Source of the DNA: a virus
DNA: 64,000 nt
Virus record (IMG/VR): IMGVR_UViG_3300021963_005683
Span: 6,078-70,077 of that record
Strand: one strand, 5' to 3'
Part shown: positions 28,263-37,109 of the stretch, piece after piece
How positions within the stretch are numbered: the first letter of the stretch is position 1
Layout: each line of letters begins with the position of its first letter
Position numbers and translations under genes: made by a program
The notes under the pieces: generated by a model
Seen by the model: the letters and a program-made list of their open reading frames with translations, nothing else
Database searches by the model: none
Told to the model about the DNA's origin: nothing

Positions 28263-29822
28263 TTATATTGATAAAACTTTTCCTATTTTTTTAATTTGTT
28301 CAGCGCTTAATCTACCGCTTTTATTTTGTAAAGCTTTAACCAATTCATCATAGTTCATACCAGATGATTTATCTCCATTACAATCCGAACATAGAATTTG
28401 TAAATTATCTTTATCAGTTTTACCATCTCCTTTTACAGGAACAATATGGTCAGCTTCTATTTCACTTCTAGTTATTTCTTTATCACATCCTAAACATTTA
28501 TAATCTTGTTCAGCCCATACTTCCCAAACATCTTGCTCTACGAATTTACCTCTCACTTCGCCAATACTTACACCAAATTTATCTAAATCAAATGCAGCTT
28601 GTACGTGTAGTAAAATGAATTCATAGTCATCAATACGAGTACCACCACTAAATACTTTAGTAGCCGGGTAAGGAATAGCATCTATATCTTTATTCTTAGT
28701 ACCATTTTTTACAACTACTTTACCATTTACTAATTCGTATCGTTGGTATTCAAGATGTTTCTCTTTGATAGAAGCAACTACTTTATCAAATTCAGTAACA
28801 AACGTTTTATAATCTATACTTAGTTTCTTCTTCGAATAAGTTGCTAATAACCATCTAAAGAACATACTATACTTTAATAATCTATGTACACCCCAATAAT
28901 TTTTACCATATCCTTTTATACCCGTATGTTCTATAACCATATCATTTAACATTTTTAAAATGGTTTTAGCTTCTTTTGAATATTTACCATCTAATGTAAA
29001 TTTGGATAATCCATTCTCACTATCTCTTTCATCCTGAATATACAATGTATTCCAAGCATTGTTATCACCCTCTCTCCAAGTATCACCTAAATAAATTTGG
29101 TGTATCAAAGCGGTTACAAACGCATCGGTTTCTCTTTTAATGCATGCCATTGATACATATTCCATTTTACCACCATTAAATGTGTTAAAAATCTTATATG
29201 GCGAATAATCAACTGCTCCTAACTTTCTACATAAATGAGCAATTTCAGCATTATATGCATTTCTTCTTTCAGCTGATGTAACTATATTTAAGTTATTCAA
29301 CGTAACAAACTTTGCTCTAGCTTCCTTATCACTCATATTACTATATCTTACAACAAAGAAATAGTTATTATCCATTAAGTATTTAGCAAGGTCGTCATGG
29401 TCAAATTGAATTGTATCCCAAGTCTTTCCACCTAAATCATATACACCACCTTTCCATTCAAAACTAAATCCGTTTGGAGTTTTAAGTAATCCTTTAAAGA
29501 AATTAAGAATAGTTCGAGTTCTATGTCCACCATCTATAATCTCCCATTTTTTCTTAGTAAGGTTATATCGGTGATGGATTGGTTGAATAAACTTACCTGT
29601 TAGAAATGCTACGATAAGAGCTTTTTGCCACTCATCGCCATAGTAACCCGGTTTTCCATCTAACTTAGTGTAAGGTCTTTGATATTCAGGAGATTTATCC
29701 AAAGTGTTTGAATTCTCCATTGCTAACATTTCAGTACCAGAAATGAAGCGAGGTTCGGTGTCAGCATCTATTCGATTTTGAGATAGTGCATCATTGACAA
29801 CTTTTAATTGTAATGTTTCCAT
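28263..29822 (-). CDS. DUF262 plus HNH nuclease (GmrSD-like)
   Basis: PEYQR, IIDGGHR and FVTLN (DUF262 motifs); CLGC..EADHIVP..G.T..DNLQILCSDCN (intact HNH). Confidence 0.85.
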   Translation of the reverse strand: METLQLKVVNDALSQNRIDADTEPRFISGTEMLAMENSNTLDKSPEYQRPYTKLDGKPGYYGDEWQKALIVAFLTGKFIQPIHHRYNLTKKKWEIIDGGHRTRTILNFFKGLLKTPNGFSFEWKGGVYDLGGKTWDTIQFDHDDLAKYLMDNNYFFVVRYSNMSDKEARAKFVTLNNLNIVTSAERRNAYNAEIAHLCRKLGAVDYSPYKIFNTFNGGKMEYVSMACIKRETDAFVTALIHQIYLGDTWREGDNNAWNTLYIQDERDSENGLSKFTLDGKYSKEAKTILKMLNDMVIEHTGIKGYGKNYWGVHRLLKYSMFFRWLLATYSKKKLSIDYKTFVTEFDKVVASIKEKHLEYQRYELVNGKVVVKNGTKNKDIDAIPYPATKVFSGGTRIDDYEFILLHVQAAFDLDKFGVSIGEVRGKFVEQDVWEVWAEQDYKCLGCDKEITRSEIEADHIVPVKGDGKTDKDNLQILCSDCNGDKSSGMNYDELVKALQNKSGRLSAEQIKKIGKVLSI

Positions 29823-29923
29823 TGTGTTTTTGCAATTTTAGGCTCTATGCTTGAGTTTTTGATAAAATTTATCCGCCTCTTTTTTGGGGCTACAGCGGTG
29901 TTTCCCTCAATTTTGTTTATATA

Positions 29924-29955
29924 CAAATATACTAACAATATTCCAAATTACCAAA
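29924..29955 (-). promoter_or_regulatory. Bacteroidota-type promoter of the DUF262-HNH gene
   Basis: TTTG-N20-TATATTTG. Confidence 0.7.
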
Positions 29956-29996
29956 TAATTAGGGATATTTTATATAACAGGTTGATAATCAATATG

Positions 29997-31223
29997 TTAT
30001 CTACCCACCTCTTTTAAATATGCTTCTTGCATTTGCTCCCACGTCATACCAATTGCATCAACGTAGAATAATACTTCGGGTTTGATTCTACCCTCATCGT
30101 GTAGTTTTGTATATCGTTTGATGGCTTTATCCTTCCACCACTTAGTGGTATATTCGTTTCCTTTTGCAAACTTTTCATTAAGAATTAAATCCTTTTCTTC
30201 GATGTTTGATTTTAAAAACTCATTACCATTTTGGTATATTGGTGCAAAATATACACCTCTTTGAAATCCGTGGTCGTAAGCGTTTCCTTTGATTCCTAAT
30301 TCTTTGAAAATTGCCTGAATAATCTTTTGTTTAATTCCACTTACAGGTCCGTTCTTTTCGTATCCCATATTAGCACCATTACGTTCTCTCTCATCCATAA
30401 TGTGCGTCTTATACCATTCCGAACGATTTTCTTTAATCCATTGATGCCAAGGATTATAAACTGAATCATCTGGCTTTGTAGAAATCTTACCTTTGGATTC
30501 TCCTAATGTTTTGAAATGTGGAATACCATTATATTGTGAATGAATACCATATAAAGATGTAGTTCCTACTCCAACTAATGGATTATCATATTTAGTTTTC
30601 CAATATGCTCTAACTTCGGGTGCGGTTGCTAATGCTGCGATTAACTTACCACCTAAAAAATTATAACCAAATGGTTGCGTAGATACAATCGTTGTAGCAA
30701 TAGATGTACAATTTAATTTACCTTTTTCAAACTTATCTTCTTTACTCCAACCAATATATTCATCTCTAACGCCTAATGATGTAATATCAGACCCCAAACA
30801 TATTTGTCCTAATATCTTTCCACTAACTCTATCCTTAACATATATTTTTACGTTTCTGCCAGGATTTGCCGAAAATTCCATAGTATGTATTAACTTACGG
30901 ATTTCAGTCCAACGAGTAGATTCTTTTGGGTCATCTTCAACGATTTCCACATAAGGTTCTAATTGCTCTATTTCAGAAATAGTTAATTCCTTATTATTAA
31001 TATCAGCTGGCTTCCACAATGAATCGTAGTATGATTGTAATGCAGGCAATCTCTTCATATTAGAAACTCTATCAGCATTCCATTCAATCCACTTCTTATA
31101 TAAAGTTTGTTGCTCTACTGACATTTCTTTAAGATAGTCCAAATTTTCAATGAACTTTCTTTTCATCACATCATAATCAAATGTGGTTGTGTTTGTTTCT
31201 TCGCCTGTGTTCCAAAATTTCAT
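29997..31223 (-). CDS. DUF4338/Druantia DruA-like protein
   Basis: PGRN, RD..IGW, PFGYNFLGGKLIAAL, TTSLYG..SQYN, LGESKG, H..RGVY. Confidence 0.75.
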   Translation of the reverse strand: MKFWNTGEETNTTTFDYDVMKRKFIENLDYLKEMSVEQQTLYKKWIEWNADRVSNMKRLPALQSYYDSLWKPADINNKELTISEIEQLEPYVEIVEDDPKESTRWTEIRKLIHTMEFSANPGRNVKIYVKDRVSGKILGQICLGSDITSLGVRDEYIGWSKEDKFEKGKLNCTSIATTIVSTQPFGYNFLGGKLIAALATAPEVRAYWKTKYDNPLVGVGTTSLYGIHSQYNGIPHFKTLGESKGKISTKPDDSVYNPWHQWIKENRSEWYKTHIMDERERNGANMGYEKNGPVSGIKQKIIQAIFKELGIKGNAYDHGFQRGVYFAPIYQNGNEFLKSNIEEKDLILNEKFAKGNEYTTKWWKDKAIKRYTKLHDEGRIKPEVLFYVDAIGMTWEQMQEAYLKEVGR

Positions 31224-31227
31224 ATTA

Positions 31228-31259
31228 CAAATATAACTAATTAATTTTAAATTACCAAA
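31228..31259 (-). promoter_or_regulatory. Bacteroidota-type promoter
   Basis: TTTG-N20-TATATTTG, 4 nt before the ATG. Confidence 0.7.
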
Positions 31260-32055
31260 ATTTGGTATCTATTTCTGATTCAGGTGCAATTGTTTCCCAC
31301 ATCTGAATATCTTTATTGAACGCTCGTGTATCTTTTGGATATGGTCTGATTTCGTGTTTGAACGTTTTCATAATTGCTTTCTTTTCTTTCTTATCAGCCG
31401 TAACAATTTGAAGATATCTATGTTTTGGTGGCTCTTCTCTTCTCCAAAATTGCTTATATCCATCCTTACCAATTTCTCTACGAAGATGTTCTAAATTACC
31501 ACTACCCCACTTTGTAAACACAGTCCTACTATGAATCCATTTATAAGGGTCATTTGATAAAGATATTCCATAATTTGGCATTAGGGCTATATCAGTATTT
31601 AACCCCTGATAAATCCAATTTGTTGCTTGGTAAATACCACCTAAATGTTCTTGCCCATTATCTGCATAAGAAATAAGTGCTTTAATAGCCTTATCGTTTT
31701 CTCTAAACCATTTGAATGATTGTCCCATTGCGTATGATTCAATATTAGAGCCATATCCATCATCACAATATAAACGAGTCAATTCTAATACATTATCTTT
31801 TGTAAGTAAATCTGAAATAGAAGTTGCTGCCCTTGCCCCAACGGGAAATCCATAAACTAAACATCCAATTAATTTATTATCTTCACCTAATGCATTACTT
31901 TCATCCATTTTATAAAAAATACCTAAAGCATATCTACAAGCTGTCCAAGCGTGTGTGTAGTGCTTCTTTACGATAATATCTTTTGCTACATCTTTGGTGA
32001 TTGGTGCAATATATACTTTGGATGTATCGCAATAATTTTTGCCTTCTTCTTTCAT
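31252..32055 (-). CDS. Mom-like DNA-modifying GNAT protein, paralog 1
   Basis: HY, LELTRL, NIES, ISYAD...H.G.IYQATNWIYQG, KHRY. Confidence 0.8.
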   Translation of the reverse strand: MKEEGKNYCDTSKVYIAPITKDVAKDIIVKKHYTHAWTACRYALGIFYKMDESNALGEDNKLIGCLVYGFPVGARAATSISDLLTKDNVLELTRLYCDDGYGSNIESYAMGQSFKWFRENDKAIKALISYADNGQEHLGGIYQATNWIYQGLNTDIALMPNYGISLSNDPYKWIHSRTVFTKWGSGNLEHLRREIGKDGYKQFWRREEPPKHRYLQIVTADKKEKKAIMKTFKHEIRPYPKDTRAFNKDIQMWETIAPESEIDTKFW

Positions 32056-32059
32056 AACT

Positions 32060-32815
32060 TTATTTTATTGGCTCTAATTTGAGTATCTCCTCCACAAATT
32101 CAACATTTAATTTTGGATATGGTAGAGATGGGTATTTTAATGATTTAAATAATTTCTTCTTTTCTTTTCCATGCAATAGTATGTAAACATATCTATGTTT
32201 GCGTGGTTCTTTTTTAATCCAAAATGGCGATGTAACCATTGTCTGAATTATCTTTGGGTCGTTTGTTCCATACTTAACATATGAAGTTCTACTATGATGC
32301 CATTCATCAATCTCACTCCATTTGAAACTCCAACTATCGTTTGGTCTGATTCGATTTCCCTGATATATCCAATTAGTTGCTTGATAAACAGTTCCTAAAT
32401 GTCCAACTTTTGGGTCTGAATATGATACCAATGCTTTAATGTGTGGTGCATTTTCTCTTAACCAATTGAAAGTTTGTCCTACAAACCAACTCTCAATATT
32501 ACTACCATATCCATCAAATACAAATAAACGGGTAAGTTCTAAAACTTCCGTTCTATCTAATGTTTCGGATATAGATGCGCCGGAATGTCTACCAATCGGG
32601 TCACCATAACAGGCAACTCCAATAAGTTGTTCGTTTACGCCACCAAAAAATTTATGTTCATCGTTTGATATATAAAATAAACCAATAGCATAAGATACTT
32701 TTGTCCATATACCACTATAATGGTTATTAATAATAATATCTTTTGCTATATCTTTACTTACTAATCTTATCGAAAGTTTAGATATATCACAATAATCTTT
32801 TCCTTCTATTTTCAT
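32060..32815 (-). CDS. Mom-like DNA-modifying GNAT protein, paralog 2
   Basis: HYS, LELTRL, NIES, VSYSDP..GH.GTVYQATNWIYQG, KHRY, PYPK. Confidence 0.8.
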   Translation of the reverse strand: MKIEGKDYCDISKLSIRLVSKDIAKDIIINNHYSGIWTKVSYAIGLFYISNDEHKFFGGVNEQLIGVACYGDPIGRHSGASISETLDRTEVLELTRLFVFDGYGSNIESWFVGQTFNWLRENAPHIKALVSYSDPKVGHLGTVYQATNWIYQGNRIRPNDSWSFKWSEIDEWHHSRTSYVKYGTNDPKIIQTMVTSPFWIKKEPRKHRYVYILLHGKEKKKLFKSLKYPSLPYPKLNVEFVEEILKLEPIK

Positions 32816-32819
32816 GTAA

Positions 32820-32978
32820 CTATTTTACCCAATCATTGAATGCTTCTTCAAAGGCAGATACTCTATCTCTCTTAGGATTTTCCTCCATAAGTTTTTTAGC
32901 ATCATCTAATACCTCTCTCCACAATCCATATGAATCGGCTTCTAATAGAATTTCTTCGATTTGTTCTTCGGCGCTCAT
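32820..32978 (-). CDS. Small acidic hypothetical protein, 52 aa
   Basis: Manual translation MSAEEQIEEILLEADSYGLWREVLDDAKKLMEENPKRDRVSAFEEAFNDWVK; fills the gap exactly. Confidence 0.65.
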   Translation of the reverse strand: MSAEEQIEEILLEADSYGLWREVLDDAKKLMEENPKRDRVSAFEEAFNDWVK

Positions 32979-32981
32979 AAC

Positions 32982-33179
32982 TTATTGCTTTTCATATGGC
33001 CACTTAATCATATGTGTCCATGTTTGGTTTGTAACTATTTTCTTAATGTTAGCAGAAGATACTCGGTAGTTTCTAGCAATAACATTGATATTTCTATGAC
33101 CTACTCTATATAGTTCTCTGATTTGCAGTATCTGCTCTTCAGTTAGTTTGTGCATTGGATGCGCTTCTCCTCTTAACAT
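32982..33179 (-). CDS. Stand-alone HTH DNA-binding protein (resembles the C-terminal domain of phage HNH homing endonucleases)
   Basis: RGEAHPMHKLTEEQILQIR...IARNYRVS..NI..I...TW.H. Confidence 0.65.
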   Translation of the reverse strand: MLRGEAHPMHKLTEEQILQIRELYRVGHRNINVIARNYRVSSANIKKIVTNQTWTHMIKWPYEKQ

Positions 33180-33219
33180 ACGTCTAATATAACACTTTTT
33201 TTTGAGAATCACAAATATT

Positions 33220-33483
33220 TTACTTTAAATTTTCGTTTATAGCGTTAATATATGCCATTTTTGATGATACTCCTGTAAATCTTTCAACTTCTTCACCATC
33301 TTTTTCAATGATTACCGTTGGAACTGAACGAACGCCATACTTAGTTGCTTCTTCGTAGGCTTCATCCACATCATACTCTTCAAATTTAACATTTGAAAAT
33401 TGTGTTTTTACTTCATTCATTACCGGAGCTAATGCTCTACACGGCCCACACCATACTGCACTAAATTTTTTAACTGTTACCAT
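33220..33483 (-). CDS. trxA: Thioredoxin
   Basis: WCGPC, VRSVPT. Confidence 0.93.
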   Translation of the reverse strand: MVTVKKFSAVWCGPCRALAPVMNEVKTQFSNVKFEEYDVDEAYEEATKYGVRSVPTVIIEKDGEEVERFTGVSSKMAYINAINENLK

Positions 33484-34195
33484 TTGTTTTGTTTTTAAAA
33501 TCATCATATGCATCCAATAATGCGTCTACAACCGGATGTCTATGATTGGTTAATAATGTTTGTGAATCCATATCCTTAATCTTTTTTGCTGCCGTTACTA
33601 AGAATTTAAATCCACTATCTCCTCTATATTTCAAATCTACCTGTTGTGTATCGCCACACACAACCATTTTACTTCGTAATCCCAAACGAGATGTAATCAT
33701 TTCCATTTGGTCGTTTGTACAATTCTGAGCTTCATCTACTATAATGAATGCATCTAAAAATGTTCTACCTCTCATAAATGCAAGGGGTACAATTTCTACT
33801 TGTCCACTTTCTAAAATTTTATCAATCTTTTCTTTGTTATAAAGTTGATAAAAGTTGGAATAGATTGGTTGCATCCAAGGCTCCATTTTCTCTCTTAAAT
33901 CACCAGGTAAAAATCCAATTTCTTCTTTACTTACCGTTGGACGAGTTATGATGATTTTGTTTACCGTCTTTTTAAATAACATATCTAATGCTACCTGACA
34001 AGCTAATAGTGTTTTACCACTACCGGCTTTACCACTTAGGATTGTTATGGCGTTATTTAGAATCTTTTCCTTAGCTTCCTTTTGCTCCTCATTTAATTGT
34101 AATTGGAATTTAATAGGGCCTTTCGGATAGTCGATTTTTTCTTCTCTAATTTTCTCTGTCAATTCTTTATGTTTTGTTGATTGATTATCCGCCAT
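33470..34195 (-). CDS. phoH: PhoH-family ATPase
   Basis: GKAGSGKT, GFLPGDL.EK, MRGRTF, DEAQN, GD..Q.D. Confidence 0.95.
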   Translation of the reverse strand: MADNQSTKHKELTEKIREEKIDYPKGPIKFQLQLNEEQKEAKEKILNNAITILSGKAGSGKTLLACQVALDMLFKKTVNKIIITRPTVSKEEIGFLPGDLREKMEPWMQPIYSNFYQLYNKEKIDKILESGQVEIVPLAFMRGRTFLDAFIIVDEAQNCTNDQMEMITSRLGLRSKMVVCGDTQQVDLKYRGDSGFKFLVTAAKKIKDMDSQTLLTNHRHPVVDALLDAYDDFKNKTNGNS

Positions 34196-34208
34196 TTTTT
34201 AATTTAGT

Positions 34209-35990
34209 TTATCCTTCACAGCTTATACAATCCGGGTCCATAGCTTTTGCAGCGATATCACCTCGTAAAACTGATTCGGTTCTCATATAATATAATGTTT
34301 TAACTCCTTGCTTCCAAGCTTCTAAGTGAACTTGATTAATCCATTTAGGGTCAGCCGTTGCAGGAAATGCCAAATTTAGGGAAACTGCTTGGTCTATATA
34401 TTGTTGTCTTATACCAGCTTGCCTTACCAAATCTAACTGATTGATTTCTTTAAATGTTTTAAATACATCCTTAACTGAACTACATCTATGTGCTCTTTCA
34501 TCTATTGATACTTCTGTACATTCAACTAACTTATCACCTGAAAAACACCATTCATCTAAAAAATCCAAATCTTGCACCGAACCACCATCTGCAAGGATTT
34601 TATCCCACACCTCTTTTGTGTTCTTACCCATCTTACGAAGTACTCTTTCTAATTCTGGGTTCTTTCTGATAAAAGTTCCTTTTGATGTTTGTTCGGTAAA
34701 TACGTTAGCTGCCCAAGGTTCAATACCACTACTAACATTACCACTCAATTTAGAGTTTGATACCGTAGGTGCTACTGCTCTTAGGTGAGTATTACGAAGT
34801 CCACTTTCTTTACACCATAGGGGTTCGCCATATTCGTTTGCTAAATCTCTACTTGCTCTTTCAGATTCAATCTTTAATTGAGAGAAAATCTTACGAGTTT
34901 CAAATTGAGCTTGTAATCCTTCAAATGGTAGTCCTTTTTGTTGTAAGTAAGTATGCCATCCTAATACACCTAATCCCAATGCTCTACCTCTTTCTGCTGA
35001 ACGAACTGAATTTTCAAATCCTTTCATATTCTTAGCTCTCTGAATAAACTCTTCCAATACACCATCTAAGAATACCGTAGCCGTATAAACTAAATCAGTA
35101 TCTTTCCACTCATCATACTTTGCTAAATTTAATGAACTTAGACAACAAACGAATGAATGTTGCTCATCAGTATGTAAAACTATTTCAGAACATATGTTAG
35201 TCATATGTACTTTCAAACCATTCTTCTTATACATTTCAGGATTTGCTTTGTTCACATTCCCCTTATACATAATATATGGTTCACCGGTTGCTTTTCTTTT
35301 TTGTAATATTTTACCCCACTTTCTACGGGCTTCTGAATCACCTTCTTCTAACTTCTTCATAAATCTATCACTAATTACAACACATTGGTGTAAGTTAAGT
35401 GATTGACGATTAACATCGCCTTTGGGTTCTCTAATCTCTAAGAAATCTTCAATATCTTTATGTTCGATTTTAATATTTACTGATGCTGCTCCTCTACGAA
35501 CTGAACCCTGATTTGTTGCAAGGATAGTTGAATCATAGATTTTACAAAAAGGAACTACCCCATCAGATGTACCATTTCCTGTGATTTTAGTACCTGCAGG
35601 TCGTATCATATTGATTCCGATACCCACACCCCCACCATGCTTTGCTAATAGCATTAATTCTAAGTTTTTAGAACCAATTTCAAATATACTATCACCCACA
35701 TCAATACCGAAGCAAGATATAGGTAAACCTCTATCAGTACCAGTATTAGCTAATACCGGCGTTGCTAAACATAGCCAACCCTTCCACATATAGTCAAAGA
35801 ATTTTGTTGCTAATTGTGGTTTCTCCAATCTTTTGGCAACTGCGGTGGCAACTCTCCAATATGCATCTTTAGGTTTTTCCCCGGCCTGTAAATATGTTTT
35901 AGATATAGTTTTTACATATATCTCATTGTTTCCCCAAAAAGGGAAATCAACATCAATTTCCCATCCATTTTCTTCTCCGTAATTTTTCAT
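34209..35990 (-). CDS. nrdA: Ribonucleotide reductase class I alpha subunit (no ATP cone)
   Basis: ISCF, GGGVG, TNICSEI, APT, KTLYY and C-terminal CISCEG. Confidence 0.96.
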   Translation of the reverse strand: MKNYGEENGWEIDVDFPFWGNNEIYVKTISKTYLQAGEKPKDAYWRVATAVAKRLEKPQLATKFFDYMWKGWLCLATPVLANTGTDRGLPISCFGIDVGDSIFEIGSKNLELMLLAKHGGGVGIGINMIRPAGTKITGNGTSDGVVPFCKIYDSTILATNQGSVRRGAASVNIKIEHKDIEDFLEIREPKGDVNRQSLNLHQCVVISDRFMKKLEEGDSEARRKWGKILQKRKATGEPYIMYKGNVNKANPEMYKKNGLKVHMTNICSEIVLHTDEQHSFVCCLSSLNLAKYDEWKDTDLVYTATVFLDGVLEEFIQRAKNMKGFENSVRSAERGRALGLGVLGWHTYLQQKGLPFEGLQAQFETRKIFSQLKIESERASRDLANEYGEPLWCKESGLRNTHLRAVAPTVSNSKLSGNVSSGIEPWAANVFTEQTSKGTFIRKNPELERVLRKMGKNTKEVWDKILADGGSVQDLDFLDEWCFSGDKLVECTEVSIDERAHRCSSVKDVFKTFKEINQLDLVRQAGIRQQYIDQAVSLNLAFPATADPKWINQVHLEAWKQGVKTLYYMRTESVLRGDIAAKAMDPDCISCEG

Positions 35991-35999
35991 AAACTTTTT

Positions 36000-37013
36000 T
36001 TAAAATATATCATCCCAATTTTCACCTTCTCCTGCCTTACTATAATCGGTAGGTCTCATAGCGAAGAAATCGGTGTGTGTAACACCACCTGTAAGATGAT
36101 AGAACCAATCCAATTCAGATGCTTTCTTTTTGTTAAACTCAAAGTAGTCATCTCCTCCTGGTATTGGATTATAACCCAATTCTCCTAATTTTTCATTAAC
36201 TCGTTTTGTAATGAATTCTTTTAAATCATCTGCTTTAAGATTCTCTAAATCGCCCATTTCAAAAATTTTATCAATAAACTTATGTTCCAAATCTCTAATG
36301 ATTTCAGCTGCTTTGTAGATATCAGCTTTTGCTTCTTCTAACAATTCAGGAAACTCTTCACACATATGTCTGAATAATTGACAACCCATCTTTGAATGTA
36401 GTGATTCATCTCTTACACTCCACTTCATTTGTTGTCCGATTCCTTTAAGAAAATTTCTCATTTGGAATGAATACAATACAGCGAATGATGAGTATAATGC
36501 TACACCTTCAGCAAATGCCGAAAAGATAGCAAGTGAACGAGCAACCTCAACTCTAGCCTTATGATTTGTTTGTAAATCTTTAGGAGTCCAATCTGCGGTT
36601 GTGTTTGTTAATAGTTCAAATCTTTCTTTCATAACTTCATCATGCATAAAGCCTGCAAAGTCATCTAATCCCAATGTTTCATTTAAGTATGAGTATGCAA
36701 CCGAATGTATTGTTTCTTGTGAACCAAATGCCATTGCCATCTGTCTAATCTCATGCTTTGGAAACCATTTAGTAACCATACCAGTCCAATAATCAGATAC
36801 GGCACATTCGGTTTGTGCAAATCCTAAAAGAATATTACCTACTAAATGTTTTTCTTCTTCTGTTAAATTCTCATTCCAATCCTTCACATCACCCTGCATT
36901 GGGATTTCAGTATGTAACCAAAATGCCTGCATTTGTTTTAACCAACCTTCATTGTAGTAGTCTGGAAATTCAAATGGTTTATAGGCGATTCTATCAGTAA
37001 ATAATTTGCTCAT
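36000..37013 (-). CDS. nrdB: Ribonucleotide reductase class I beta subunit
   Basis: E.IH..AY, EG..LYSSF, RDESLH, HTDFF. Confidence 0.96.
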   Translation of the reverse strand: MSKLFTDRIAYKPFEFPDYYNEGWLKQMQAFWLHTEIPMQGDVKDWNENLTEEEKHLVGNILLGFAQTECAVSDYWTGMVTKWFPKHEIRQMAMAFGSQETIHSVAYSYLNETLGLDDFAGFMHDEVMKERFELLTNTTADWTPKDLQTNHKARVEVARSLAIFSAFAEGVALYSSFAVLYSFQMRNFLKGIGQQMKWSVRDESLHSKMGCQLFRHMCEEFPELLEEAKADIYKAAEIIRDLEHKFIDKIFEMGDLENLKADDLKEFITKRVNEKLGELGYNPIPGGDDYFEFNKKKASELDWFYHLTGGVTHTDFFAMRPTDYSKAGEGENWDDIF

Positions 37014-37109
37014 TCTATATAAATTTTTATTAGAGTTGTAGGTATAACTATTCATCAGTAATTAAAATTTTCTCTTTTCTTTAGAAAACTTTATATGACT
37101 TTTTGTCAC

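Noticed and set aside
29997-31223. Complete Druantia defence system
   Set aside because: No DruE-type helicase or other dru genes are in the window.
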